A stretch of 64,000 nucleotides of DNA, from assembly GCF_018977255.1 (NCBI RefSeq), contig NW_024704743.1, positions 18,044,001 through 18,108,000 of the forward strand, in the 5' to 3' direction. The position numbers and the translations under genes are program-made. Positions 14,270-27,684 of this stretch are shown piece after piece. How positions within the stretch are numbered: position 1 is the stretch's first letter; every line of letters begins with the position of its first letter. The notes under the pieces were generated by a model. The model worked only from the letters and a program-made list of their open reading frames with translations, was not told the DNA's origin and searched no databases. This DNA comes from Callorhinchus milii. Its lineage: Eukaryota.

Positions 14270-15695
14270 TATATCCTCCCTGGTCCCTTCTCTACCCCCT
14301 ACCTACTGCCCCATCTCCAACCTCCCTTTCCTCTCCAAGGTCCTGGAATGAGTTGTTGCTTCTCAGCTTTGCTCCTTCCTCTCCCGCCACTCCCTTCTCG
14401 AACCCCTCCAATCAGGTTTCTGTGCTGCCCTGGTCAAAGTGACAAATGACATTCTGTCCATTTTCAACCAGGACTCCCTCTGCCTCCTCGTCCTCGATCT
14501 CTCTGCTGCTTTCGACACCATCGACCAATCTGTCATCATCCACTGCTTCTCCTCTCACCTCAACCTCCACGGCGCTGTCCTTGATTGGTTCAGATCATAC
14601 CTCTCACACCACCTGCACTTCATCTCCTCAAACGGCTTCTCCTCAAGCACGTTTCGTGCGGCGTTCCTCAGGGCTCTGTCCTTGGTTCCCTCCTCTTCAA
14701 TATCTATATGCTCCCCCTTGGTGACGTCATTCGCAGACATGGGGTCAACTGCCACATGTATGCAGATGACACCCAACTCTACCTCTCTGCCTCCACTCTA
14801 GGACCACTGCTGTCCTGACAATGTCTGTCAGCCATCAAGTCCTGGATGAGAGGTAACTTTCTTCAGTTGAACGTCAACAAGACTGAGGCCCTCCTGATTG
14901 GCTCCCGTCAGCGCCTCCACACCTCAAACGCTGACAGTATCACCATCCATGATTGCACACTCAACCTTGCTAAGCCAGTCCGAATCCTTGGGGTCTTGTT
15001 CGACCCTCAACTATCCTTTCTACCCCACATTCGCATCATGATCCGCTCTGCCTTCCCCCACCTCCGCAACGTCGCTCGGCTCTGACACTGTCGCCGCAAC
15101 CCTCATACACACCTTCATTAGACCAAGGCTCGACTATGAAAACTCGCTGCTTGTCGGACTCCCCAACTCCTCCCTCCATAGGCTACAGGTCATCCATAAC
15201 TCTGCAGCCAGTGTCTTCTCCCGCACTTGGCTCCGTGACCCTATCACCCCCATCCTTGCCCAACTCCAAAGGCTTCCCATCACACAGAGGATACAGTTCA
15301 AGATCCTGGTCTTCACCTTCAAAGCCCTCCACAGTCTTGCTCCTCCCTATTTCTCCGACCTCCTAACCCCTTACCATCCTGTTTCTCCCTCCTCTCAGTG
15401 GGCTTTGGCCTGCCTCACGTCCCCCGCCTTGCTTGCCCCACTATTGAGGGGCAGGCCTTCTGCCACTCTGCACCCACCCTCTGGAACTCCATGCCACAGT
15501 CCCTCCGTCTCTTCCCCTTCCTTCCCGCCTTCAAGACTCACCTCAAGACCCTCCTTTTCGACCGTGCTTTCGATCTCCTTGTCCTCCCCCACCCCGACCC
15601 TCAGCTCGAGGCCATAACTCGGTCTATCCAGGTGCCTTGGGACATCCTCCTGATGTGAAAGACGTTGTATAAATGTAATTTTGTTGTTGTTGTTG
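14270..15695 (+). mobile_element. L2 LINE fragment with RT core
   Basis: [35 protein letters not shown]...[20 protein letters not shown]; (TTG)n tail at ~15680-15695. Confidence 0.92.
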
Positions 15696-17659
15696 AACTT
15701 GAATGGGGTACTAACATCCACTTCAGATGTGGTACTTTAAAGCAAGGTGAGACCAAACCAGCAGCAGAGAGGAATCCACCAGTGGGGAGATGATTAGAAA
15801 ACAAAAAAGTTAAAGAAAGATTTGACATCCTCCAGTGTCCAAATTAAGACTGAATTTTTAAAAATTCTACTTGATCTAAAATTTTAAGAGACCATGAGAA
15901 ATTTAAGTCCTCGGGACTCACTATTGCTTCTGTACAACTGGCAGCTTGGAGAATCTTGTGTGGACAAGGATGAATTGCCACTGGTTTAATTCACTCCTCT
16001 AGGGAACAGTCGGGAGGAACACATGTCCTATCATTCAGTTTACAGCAGTTGAATGCCTGCTTGACATTTGCACACTTGATGGAAGGGACGAATCATCATT
16101 GTGTCTTATTTCATGGATTTTTAACATTGCCTAATGTGTTAAGAGTAGAAAATTATCACTGTGTGCCAAACGTTTATTATCCTAATTTTTACATTGTGAT
16201 TTACCATATGTAAGAAATTGGGACAATGAATGGTAAGTTAGATGAAATTATGTTTCTTTACAATTTTTAATGATTCACTTAGCCTTTGTTAATGAATATG
16301 CCTTATAGCACCCAATGGTAAAGTGCAGGCAATAATACCTAACCATAAAGCTGCAGGAATGAACACCACATTTCTTGGAGAATCAGCTGCATAAAACAGC
16401 CGAGGAATTTATTGGGTCCCCCAACACTTGAGTTTAACCCTTCCTCAAAGAAATGAGATGAGGAAATTAAAAATCATCCTCATTATCATGGAATTTGATA
16501 CAGCAACTTTCACATCAAAAGGATATCTCAAAGTATACCTTAAAGGATATACTGTAAAGTGTAGTAATTGTATTTTATAGGCAAATGTGGTGGTGAATTT
16601 TATACAGCGCAATGTCCCACAAAGAGCCATGAAGTGAATGACCAATTGTTGGCTAGGACACTGGGAGAAACTCCCTTCTCTTTTTTAATAGTATAGGGGG
16701 ATTTTTGACATCCACCTGGATAGGCAGACAGGACTTCGATTTAATGTCTCGTCTGAAGGATGGCACCTCCGACAATGCAGCACAGACCCAGCACCAACCA
16801 GAGAGTCAGCCTATATTATATGAGTTCCAAGCCCTGATGCGGGGCTTGACTCCCCCCAACGATCTGACTCAAAGACAAGAGCGCTACCACTGAGCCAGGC
16901 TGCCAGACAACAATGCAGCTGAAGAAACTAAAAGAAGATGTTTTTAAAGATGATTGTCCGAAAAACAACATCCACCACTCAGAAAAGAGTGACAATAATT
17001 TTGAACATAATAATTTTAATAAATGTGCCTTATATCTTTGAGACGTCTCAAAGCGCTTCACAGAATTGACTATATTTTGTGGGTGAATATTTTGTGCCAT
17101 CGAATTTGCACACTGCAGCGGACCATATATATGGATTCCAGGGTGATCTGCTATGTTATTCACAGGATTAAATCATAATCAGGTGAAATGTAGATTACAG
17201 ATATCAAAATCTTATTGTAATAATTATAATGCTTGTATTTCATTGAGAGCATCAGTCATTGAAATGTCTCAAAATTCTTCATAGTGTTTACTGTAAAGTG
17301 ACTGTATTTTGTAGGCAAACATGACAGCCAATTTTCACACAGCAGTGTCCCATAAACAGCCATGAAGTGAATCTACAATGTTTTCTGGGGATTGTTGGGC
17401 AGAACAATGGGAGAAAACTCCCTGTTGTTTTTTGAGCACAATAGAATACAATTTACATTTTACAATATACATTTCACATTGGAGGACGTGTCAAAAGTAG
17501 AGCCGTGGGATCTTTAATGTCCACCTGAACAAGCACACAGGACTTTGATTCAATGTCTCATCAAAAGGAAGGCAGTTCTGCAAATACAACACTTCCCCCA
17601 CTATTGCCCTGGAGTATCAGGCTGCACTGAGTTCAAATTTCTGAAGCGAAGCCTTTATC

Positions 17660-18232
17660 TGAAGGGAGCTGGAATATAAAGGAGAGGAAATGATGCTTCA
17701 ACTATATAAAGCCTTGGTCAGACCCCATCTGGAGAACTGCGTTCACTTTTGGGAACCGCACCTCAGGAAGGATATATTGGCTCTGGAGGGGGTGCAACAC
17801 AGATTCACCAGAATGATGCCAAGGCTTAAAAGGCTTAAATTATAAGAACAGGTTGCATAAGCTTGGTCTCTGTTCCTTTGAGTTTAGAAGGTTGTGGGGT
17901 TTGATAGGGTAGATACAGATAAACTATTTCCTCTGGTGGGGAATCCAAAAAACAGGGGCATAATTTTAAAATTAGAGCTAGTCCATTTAGGAGTGAAATT
18001 AGGAGACAGTTTTTCACCCAAAGGATAGTGGAAATTATGGGACTCTCTCTCCCCCAAAAGGTTGTGGATGCTGGATCAATTCACATCTTCAAGACTGAGA
18101 TGGGTAGTTGATAGTTAGGTCAGGGTATTAAGGGATGGGGCAAGTAATTAGAGGTATGGATTAACCATAATCTTATAGAATGGCGTAACAGACTCAAGGG
18201 GCTGAATGGCCTACTCCTGTTTCTATGTTTCT
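17660..18232 (+). mobile_element. CR1 LINE 3' end
   Basis: LQLYKALVRPHLENCVHFWEPHLRKDILALEGVQHRFTRMMP; terminal ggggctgaatggcctactcctgtttctatgtttct. Confidence 0.9.
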
Positions 18233-19936
18233 AAAACCCAAACCACCTTATGAGTTGTACATTCACATGTAGAAAACACATACATACATACATACATGTG
18301 CACCTACCTGAATATGTACAAAGGTATGTATACCATATGTATGTATGTGTTTATACTTATGTACGTATAAAACACATGCCTTATTCATACAAAGAACAAC
18401 CATATTCACACTCACGCTACATCTCTAGTTGTTCTACTTCTTCATGTTTCTCAAGAATGGTCATGGAATAAGCTTGTTTGTCCTATAAAGTTAGACACAT
18501 TCCAAACAGACATGTTATCTGGTTCAAACAGAAGCTTGGCTCAATTACTTTTTGTGCTGTGAAAGTCTCTAATGAAAGAGGTTTGCTTGAAAGTGAAGAT
18601 AAAGATCACCAGCTGCTTTGCAACCCACACCACGACCATCAGTTGTGCAGAAGTGACGCAGGGGAGATTGCTTCATATCACCACACTTTTACCGCTGCAC
18701 ATGTATACAAATGTACTTACTTACGTATGTATACGCACATATGTATCTATGTACGTACTTGCTTGCTTACTTACTCTGGTCAGAACCCGCAACTGTCAAG
18801 CTCCAGGACGGGAAGGGCGCTAAATAAATTCAAGTTGTTTTTATTCGAAATCCTCTTAGATCTAACTTACATAATGTTCAGTCTGTCTAAAAAGTTCTTT
18901 CTTCAGATGATGCTCAGCACAAAGTCAGATGTTCATAATTCTTATCTTCACATATGATTCATTCGCATGTCAAACAGCAGTTAAATCTTTAAGTAAAGAA
19001 CCCTCACAGAGCAACAGAGGAGAAAGATGATTCAGGCAATGTGAACAATCAGATTATGTTTAAATATTTATCCTCATTGTGACAAATATTTGCATTATTT
19101 TAATGTGTTTGACTTTCTCTATTGAAAGCACAAGACAAAAACATTTCAGTATGAAATATTTTTGATTTATTATGTGCGAACAAAACTACACACCTGCAAT
19201 TTATATCACAGACAGCTGGGGGTGGGAGGTGTATTTTATTTATTATGATGGCTCACCACTCACTACTTTGTATGTTTCCCCTCTTGTGAAGAAGATATTG
19301 TGGAATGATTGTCATTGCTGCTGAAAGCCTGACCTGACCCTGTCATGGTTACTTGTGAAAACTCCTCCATCTGCGAGGGAGGAAGCCATATCCGAAGCAG
19401 CATGACAATCCACAATAACGTGCTCTGATATCTTAAGCAACAAAGCATTGAATATATGAAATATAATAATAATAATCCTTGCATTTGATATAGTGCCTTA
19501 TCACGTCTTCGAGACATCTCAAAGCACTTCACAGAAAAAACGAAGTGAATTGACTGTATATTTGATAAATGAAACTCACGTATATCTAATCTGTATATTT
19601 TGGGGGGTCAGGCGGGTAAATCGTATAATCGCTTAAGTCGTACATCTGCCCGACATGGTACAGAAACCTCTTAATGTCACCAGCCAATACAGTCCTTGTG
19701 TACTGTAGTTGTTATGTGTTAGTCATATAAAATCTGACTTGTACATAAGTTTACATAAGTCATATATGATCCAACTTATGCAAGTTTGACATAACTCACA
19801 CTTCGCATAAGTCATAGAAGTCCCAACTGATACGACTTATGTGAGGTTTACCATATTCCACAACCTCAACTAGATTCTGAGAAAACACATCTGGATCCAT
19901 TCTTTAACTACATCCATATCTGCCTGTTGATTTCTG

Positions 19937-20260
19937 ATAATAATAATAATAATAATCCTTGCATTTGATATAGCGTTTTTCATGTCGGGAGGACGTTCCA
20001 AAGCGCTTCACAGAACATACTGCAAAGTGAATTGACTGTATATTTGTGGGCGAACGCGGCAGCCAATTGCGCACAGCAATGTCCCACAAACAGTCGTAGA
20101 TTGAAAATGACCAATTTATTATTGATTTTGGTTTTTGGTGGGATTATTATTAGGCGTGTGGAGTAAGGAAGCTTGCCCAAGGTTTCGCCCTCTGCCTGGA
20201 ATTGAACTCAGGTCTCTCGCTTGCAAAGCGAGTGCTCTAACCACTGAGCTACAGGACTCC
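19937..20260 (-). mobile_element. Full-length young SINE, short subfamily
   Basis: Reverse complement nearly identical to 53579-53903. Confidence 0.92.
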
Positions 20261-23200
20261 ACCGACTGAACCTGATCAAGTCATTACTGTTCAATCAATG
20301 AGATTTTTCAAGTTACTACAAATTAACCTGTCGCCAGTTGAAACTTCAAGGGAAAGAAGCTGGGCAATAGTTTTATTCTTGATCAGTTTAAACCATCTTC
20401 TGTGGGTTTGGGGGAATGGTCGGTGTTCAGCAATAATCTTCAGTTAACTCAGAGTCTATATAACTTAATTTACGTTCACTCCATTGCCATATTAATTCCT
20501 TGTACTGAATATATTGGTCAAGAATTTGGGGATTTTATTCCACAGGTTTGCTTAGAATATTTCACAACCGATAAAATCAAAACATCAATGGGTTGAAATT
20601 CTACCTGTGTCTACATTTATTCTATTTCTGTAACATTTTGGAGTGTCCAGAATTTGGCACATTAACTTAACTTTGTTACTTTTTTTTGTAGTTCTTAAAA
20701 CAGGCTTCAAAATTAAGGCTGCATTAAACAATTTGATATATTCTGGACACTCTAAAATGCTACATAAATAAACTAAATCTAGAGTAAACCAAGTGGAATT
20801 ACTCTCCACACAATTTTTAAAAAAATTGTTTCTCTTTGTCTTTTTTATCCCAGTTGCAATGCATAGGTCCATGTCCACATGTTTGTGGATGACAATCAAT
20901 TCTACCTCTCTGCCTCTGTGCTTGACTCCCAGACCAAAACTGTTCTAACTGACTGCCTATCAGACATCAATTCCTGGATGAACTCTAACTTTCCTCATTT
21001 GATTGCAGACAAGACCCAGGCTCGTGCCAATGTTGAAAGATCAGAACTGCAAAAACATCTGATAAATTCAAGCAAAAAATAATTAACAGCAGTATGTGCT
21101 TTGGAAGTTATGCTTTTTAAAACAATGACTTTACCAAACAGGTTAATTTTTAGTCCTATGCTTCCTTAATCCCAAGATACTGGATTTTTCCAGTTTACTT
21201 CTTACAGTATGCCCCTGATATCCCTCTTGGTTCCCTACCTTAAAGCGGAGACTCTGGATTTATAGGCAAGTATATACATTCTGTTAGAATAAAAGCTATA
21301 TTCAGATGTTAATCCTATAAAGTTGAATCAGATAAGTCTTCACACTCAAAGGTATTATATCCCTGTGCAGACCAACTTTACATTTGGGAAGGAAAGATAA
21401 AACAATACAATCCTGCCTTTCATCCATTATCCCACGTAGATGGTCAAATAATGCAGCACTAATATTATAATTGTATTGTCATTATGAATTCCACATCTAC
21501 TGGTAATTATAAACCATCAATTCTTTTGACACACAAGTCTGTGTGGGATTTTGAATACTACCAGGGTGGCTGGGTAATGTAGATTTATTTGCAAAATGCA
21601 AACATTTACTTAAAATACATCTGTCATTTTAAAGTAATTCTTCATTCATTGTGATGCATGTGGGCACAGGTGCCATTTATGAAAATTATTCTGAATTCTA
21701 AGGGAATTATAATAATAATAATCCTTGCATTTGATATAGCGCTTTTCACGTCAGGAGGACGTCCCAAAGCGCTTCACAGAACACACTGTAAAGTGAATTG
21801 ACTGTATATTATATCTGCTCTGTTCAGTTTGTATGGCTTTTTTGATCAGCCAGTTATCTGACACACTTGGAGCCCAAGCACCATATTTAAGAGCATCCAA
21901 ACCAAACTAGAAAACTGAGATTCCATAATGTTTGGAAATTTCTGATTGGCTCAAATGTAGATCACAGTCTGTCACCAGATCGACCCACCCTGCTCATTTA
22001 ATCCTAGAAAAGTTCTTATGTGCAAGTTGGAAAGAGCTAAGACTTAGGGTCTCCAGAGTGTTCAAATGATGTACTGTTGGAGTTTAACCAGCTCAAACTG
22101 TGTAGTATTGTGAATGCTGTTTGCTCACCACTATACCCATTAAAACTTTGGGTTACAGGGTTTGTAGGAGCTGAGTGAGAAAGACGTGTTTGCCACTTGT
22201 ATCTGTGATGTCTCTCTGAAAGAGCTAAAGAGCTATCTATTTAGTTCCACTTCCCTGTCCTTTTATTGCTTTCAAATATTTGTCTAACTCCCTTTTAAAG
22301 GCTATTAAATCTAAGCCTGCCTCTATTGGTATGAAGGGGAATAAAGCTGTTTAGTCGACCTTAAAGCTGGCCAGTTATGGTTTGATTCCCCTATGTCTAT
22401 TAGCCTATAATACTGTCCACAAATTCCAGATAGTGAAGATGTGACCTTACAGATGTGTATAGCTCAATCTCTCTCTTAAAATGAAACTTTTAACAACTCT
22501 GGGGAGCTATTTATTCTTTTTTTAAATATTAAACCTCAAAAAATATGGCTGAAACATCTTTCTAGATACATATTTATTCATAATACTGTGTCCTTTTCCC
22601 TCCTCATGCCCCATGCACACTTAAAAACGCAATTGATACTGCTGAAGTCTTAATCAGAACTATATATTTGTATCAAACAGTGAGGACTTTCACTGTTAGT
22701 TGGGTCTCCGGGGAAAATCTTGCCAATCAGCAATGTGCCAGTGAGAGAGTCCCACACCGAGCTCTAATGAGCTCTCTGAAAATCTTCCTGAAAATTTCCC
22801 TAGAATGTATTGAGCCCAAAGCCAAGGAGAGCTACAATTAACGTTTGAAAACATCCAATCAGTCACTTTACATTTACAAGCCTAATATCTGGTGTCTTAG
22901 GGTCTACCATTGTGCAGTGTACACTGTACATTAAAATGTCATGTTAATCCCCAGTGGCAGAGAAACTAAGGGCATTATAATGAAAAGATGGAACAAATGT
23001 ACATGTTGAACACCAGCGAAATTGCTTTCTTTTTCTAGCTGTCTGTTTTAAGCAAGTAGATAGCATTGATCATTGAACACCATAATGTCTCTTTAAACTT
23101 GTGTCAAACCAATAGACTCCACAAATGAAAGTATTTTAATTATTCAATGTAATATTTTCTAATAAGTGTTTCAACTGTATCGACAACACATGTTAGTATC

Positions 23201-23653
23201 TTTGTTTTATTGACACACAGAACACAGGAAGACTTTACTAAATGTCTGTAACACACAGCAATGTTTCACTACATGCAGGGGCCCACATTTCTCATGATTC
23301 TAGGCTTTCCGCCTATTCTCATTGCTCTGAGGGCACTGGCCTGCTTCACATCGCCCGCTCTACCTGCTGCACTATCAGCAGTTAAGGTCCTCAGCCTTCC
23401 TGCCCCCATCTCTGGAACTCCATCCTGGAGTCCCTCTGCCTCGCCCCTTCCTCTGCCTCCTTCAAGATTCATCTCCAGACCTTCCTCTTTCACTGCACCA
23501 GTCATGTTGCCACCCCCGGCCTCCCCCAGCCCCTTGGCTCCCACCCCTCCCCAAATTGAATGCAAACTCTTGACTGTTCAGCACCTTGGGACATCCTCCA
23601 ATGTGAAAGGCGTTACATACATGTAAATTTGTTTTTGTGTAGTAAACTATTGT

Positions 23654-23783
23654 CTTAATATTTAAGATAGTGTGTAATTTTGGAAAATCTTCAATTCAGC
23701 CTTGATTTGGAAGCTGCAATGGTTTCCAAATTAAGACTGAATTTAAGATTTTTCCAAAATTCTGCACATTCTTTAATTTTAAG
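23654..23783. mobile_element. Fold-back (palindromic) MITE-like element
   Basis: ~60-bp imperfect arms cttaatatttaag...gatttggaagc / gtttccaaattaag...attttaag around a ~7-nt loop. Partial arms at ~15840-15890 and ~34860-34910. Confidence 0.6.
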
Positions 23784-24558
23784 GAGTCCATTTTAAGGAG
23801 TGGAGTCCCATAGTGTAGTGTTTAATGTACTTGTCCCACAAGCGACAGGACCTGAGTTTGATTCCTGGGCGGCGAGAAACCTTAGGCAAGTTTGCTTACT
23901 CCATACCCTTCTGTTTACCTGGTAGGTAGGAACCCAATTGTTAGTCAATTGGCAGATCTCTTTCCAGAGGTAATAATCCGTCCACAAAAACAAAAATTGG
24001 TCATTGTGTGCAATTGGTTGCCACGGTTCGCCCACAAAATACACAGTCAATACATTTTACAATATATTCTGTGAAGAGCTTTGGGACGTCTCAACGACAT
24101 GATAAGGTGCTATATCAAATGCAAGGATTATTATTATTATTACAATATGCTGTAGTTTTAAGGCTGGGACTATGAAGAATTGCAGGCCTCTGATTCATTT
24201 ACAGCATAAAAGCTGAGGCTGTGTGTTTAATGAGGAATCCGTTTCCGCTGTCTTTGTGAACAACTTAAATGTGGTTGCTGAACCAATGCACGTTTGAATT
24301 CAGCTGGTTGCTTTGATTTAATGGTCTGATTCATTATTATGCTGGCTGAATATAATTTGTGATGTAGTGTCAACATTGAGTGTGCCATGATATCAGGTTC
24401 ATTGACTTTCATTAGGTCTCTCTGAGTACTATATAGCTCTGAATCTCTTTCCTTGTCATAATACAAGACTTGGGGGCCACCTTCATGTAATTGTTCCTTT
24501 GTCCAACCAGATCTAAGGCCCCAAATGTCATCATATCTTGACCTGTGAGATCATTTGT

Positions 24559-24926
24559 GGAGTCCTGTAGCTTATTAGTTAGAGCACTTGCCTTACAAGC
24601 GAGAGGTTCTGGGTTCGATTCTGGGGCAGAGCGAAATGGTGGGCAGGTTTTCTTAATCTTTGTTTACCTAGCAGTAAGTAGGAACCTGGTTGTTAGATCG
24701 ATTAGCTGATCACTTTTCCGGGGGTAATAATCCCTTCAAAAAATAATAATAATTTGGTCACTCAATCCACGACTGTTTGTGGGACACTGCTGTGCATGGC
24801 TGATGGCTGCATTTCACCCACAAAATATACCGTCAATTCACTTTACAGTATATTCTGTGAAGCGCTTTGAGATGTCTCGAAGATGTGATAAGGTGCTGTA
24901 TCAAATGAAAGTATTATTACTATTAT
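24559..24926 (+). mobile_element. SINE, long subfamily
   Basis: ggagtcctgtagct head through tcgaagatgtgataaggtgct tail. A related diverged copy lies at 23803-24141. Confidence 0.85.
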
Positions 24927-25039
24927 TTTGTCTTGAAACTTTAAGATCAGTCAAAACTGATGCTTAAATGGTTAAATAAGGTACTTATATGACTCAATTC
25001 CTACATTCCATTGATGCTTCCAGCATCAGCGGCTGGAAG

Positions 25040-25824
25040 ACATTACCTGAAATCTAGAGTTGTGAACACACAAATGTTATGCAGAGAGGTAAGTATCTGC
25101 TGCCTCTCAAGCTCTGCACCTCCAACTGGTGGAACCATCAGTCAATGGGTAGGGATGTAGGGAAGATGGTGGAAGTGCTCTCACTCATTTCATGCTGATC
25201 TATGCTGTTCACTGAGAAGCTCGCAGGGATCTGCAATTCACCTAGTAAAGGCTTAAACCAGCACCTGTTCAAAGTCAAATGATCAACTAGTGATGATCCT
25301 ACTTGGTGGGGGGGAAGTAAGCGTGGTCTCCTTGGAGCTGATCTGGCTCCAAGATGACATGCTTGACAATGGAATGTCAGAATCGAGTCAAACTTCTGCG
25401 GTGGTCTCAGTAGTCCGGCTTCTGAGAAAGTGGGTCCACAGTACTCCAGGGCACTGGTCTTGGCTGACCAGTCAGCCCGGCTCATTGGCAGGACTTGAGG
25501 GACATATCAATCATTGAGGACAGGGATTTTTCACACCCAGCTCCTGTTAACTCAAGCCAAAGACCTGATGGATAGGGTGTCCTAGTTGGGCAAGCAGCAG
25601 GATGGCAGGCTATGCAGTTTTAGTAAGTAAAGCTTTGGCAACACACACTCTGGGGTCCCCAAGCCTTGAATTTAGCCAAACTGGGCCTAATACTCTCCGA
25701 AATTAGGTATGCAAGTTGCATCCCTTTGGGGAGAGAAATGCCATTCCATTCCATGGGACTCTCAGTTTAGCTACTCTTAAGCAGGGTGATGGATTTCTGC
25801 ATGTGTCAGATACTCGACTGACCA
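25040..25824 (+). mobile_element. Unclassified interspersed repeat with a conserved 3' end (GTGTCAGACACTCGGCTGACCA + A-rich)
   Basis: Alignable by eye to 31380-31819 (+), 50050-50660 (+), 60075-60131 (+), 10356-10530 (-) and 46480-47330 (-). Confidence 0.65.
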
Positions 25825-26423
25825 GGACAAAATTAAGAACTGCAGAAAAATAGGTCCTGCGAACGTTAGAATTTTCACCAATTCTGTATCATCTTCAATT
25901 TTTTACAAGAATATAGTTTAACAGGTAAAGACTAAGGTGAAATTTCAGGACTCTAGTTCCATTTGTTTATAACAGAAACTGAGATAGTAAAATGGAAGAG
26001 ATTTGCCTTTAGAGTAAGAAGGAACAAGAACATAACCATTCAGGATAATGGTCTCAGCATTAGATACTAGTGGAATCAGCTACTTCTACTTCTGGTTTCT
26101 TAGCCTCAACCACTTTGTGATCACAGAGTGTATGATGCTGAGAACAGTACCCTTAATGGTTAAGTTGAAATACATGTGACAAATTGAACTGGCAAGAACA
26201 TATTCTCCAAAGGTGTGCTCAGAATACTAGTAAAACTATGCATGGATTTTAATCATATTTACTGGTCTAATGATTTTCAACAAGATCATTTAACAGGCTG
26301 AAAGTAGTGTACTTAAAGCTCCACTTTCTCAAACATATGGAATTCCATCCTATCATAACAAGGTTCACTATTACTGAAGTAAAGGTTCCTATCTTAATAA
26401 GTTTCAATATTTAGAAAATGTAT

Positions 26424-26658
26424 GGGGAAGAAATTCTACCTGGCTCAAGATTTCAGTTATTTTTTTCATATTTCAGAACATCCAGAATTTGGCAAATTCT
26501 TAAATAAACACTTAATATTGAAGCGAGTTTACTGTAAGATTGTTTAAGAACTACAAACAATCAATTTCAGAATTAAAACTAAACTGAATAATTCACCAAA
26601 TTCTGGATCACCTGAAAGTCTATGTTGAGTGAATCTAACTCAAGGTTGAATGTCTCCC
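26424..26658. mobile_element. Palindromic MITE, probably Harbinger-type; related copy at ~20590-20807
   Basis: Ends gggaagaaattctacc / ggttgaatgtctccc; internal inverted tccagaatttgg / ccaaattctgga, also partly visible in the second copy. Confidence 0.5.
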
Positions 26659-26809
26659 TAATAATTGTCATTGTATCGTTTGACTGACCAACTTCCTACT
26701 TGTATTTGTCAAATGACAGATTTCTGGATAATTAGAATAACCCACAACTATTAAATACTTTTTGTTTCACATTCAGAGACCTAAAGCATCTTTCTGTTAA
26801 AACCTTCTG

Positions 26810-27075
26810 TTAACATAGGGCACATAAGATCAGAAGAGGGAAGGGGAACAGACAGTTCGGATTTAATTGCTTTACACAAGAGTGGAGTAGACTACCCAGA
26901 GAGGTGGTGGAGATAGATTATATCTGCAAATTCAAGAGGGAATTAGATAATTGTTTGGTGGAGAATTTGATTGACTGGTATGAGAGGCAGTATAGTGTAG
27001 GATATGATTTTATTCTTAAGCCAGTTGAACTGCAAAGATTTCTCTTTGCTGTCCTGTATGCTCCTATATTCTTTT
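26810..27075 (+). mobile_element. Diverged CR1 3' fragment
   Basis: ctacccagagaggtggtggag...aaattcaagagggaattagata, resembling the CR1 ORF2 C-terminus and 3' UTR. Confidence 0.5.
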
Positions 27076-27214
27076 AACACTGATTTGATAGCATCTAAGT
27101 TAAAATCATTTTTCTTCCTACATTTTTTTGCATTCTTTCACAAGATCAATTTGAATGACGAAGGCTGCTCGGCCCAATTGATCTCACCCTTGCAAAATAC
27201 CATGGAGAATCTGT

Positions 27215-27684
27215 GGAGTCCTGTAGCTTAGTGGTTAGGGCACTCGCCTCGCAAGCAAGAGGACACAGGCTCGATTCCGGGCAGGATGAAACATTGGGCA
27301 AGTTTCCTTCCTCCACCCGCCTCTGTTTACCTAGCAGGTGAACATTAATTATCACGTCTTCGAGACGTCTCAAAGCACTTCACAGAATATACTTAAAGAG
27401 AATTGACTGTATATTTTGTGGGTGAAACGCGGCAGCCAATTGCGCACAGCAGTGTTGCACAAACAGTCGTGGATTGAAGTGACCAATTTTTTTTTTTTTT
27501 GAAGGAATTATTACCCTCAGAAAAGCAATCTGCCAATCGGCTAACAACTGGGTTCCTAATTACTGCTACGTAATCAGGGGCGTTTAGAGCAAGGAAACTT
27601 GCCCAACATTTCGCCTTGCCAGGAATCGAACTCAGGTCTCTCGCGTGCAAGGCGAGTGCTTTAACCACCGAGCTACATGACTCC
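27215..27684. mobile_element. Two long-subfamily SINEs fused tail-to-tail (+ 27215-27337; - 27350-27684)
   Basis: Both tRNA heads point inward; both 3' ends are missing at the junction. Confidence 0.85.
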
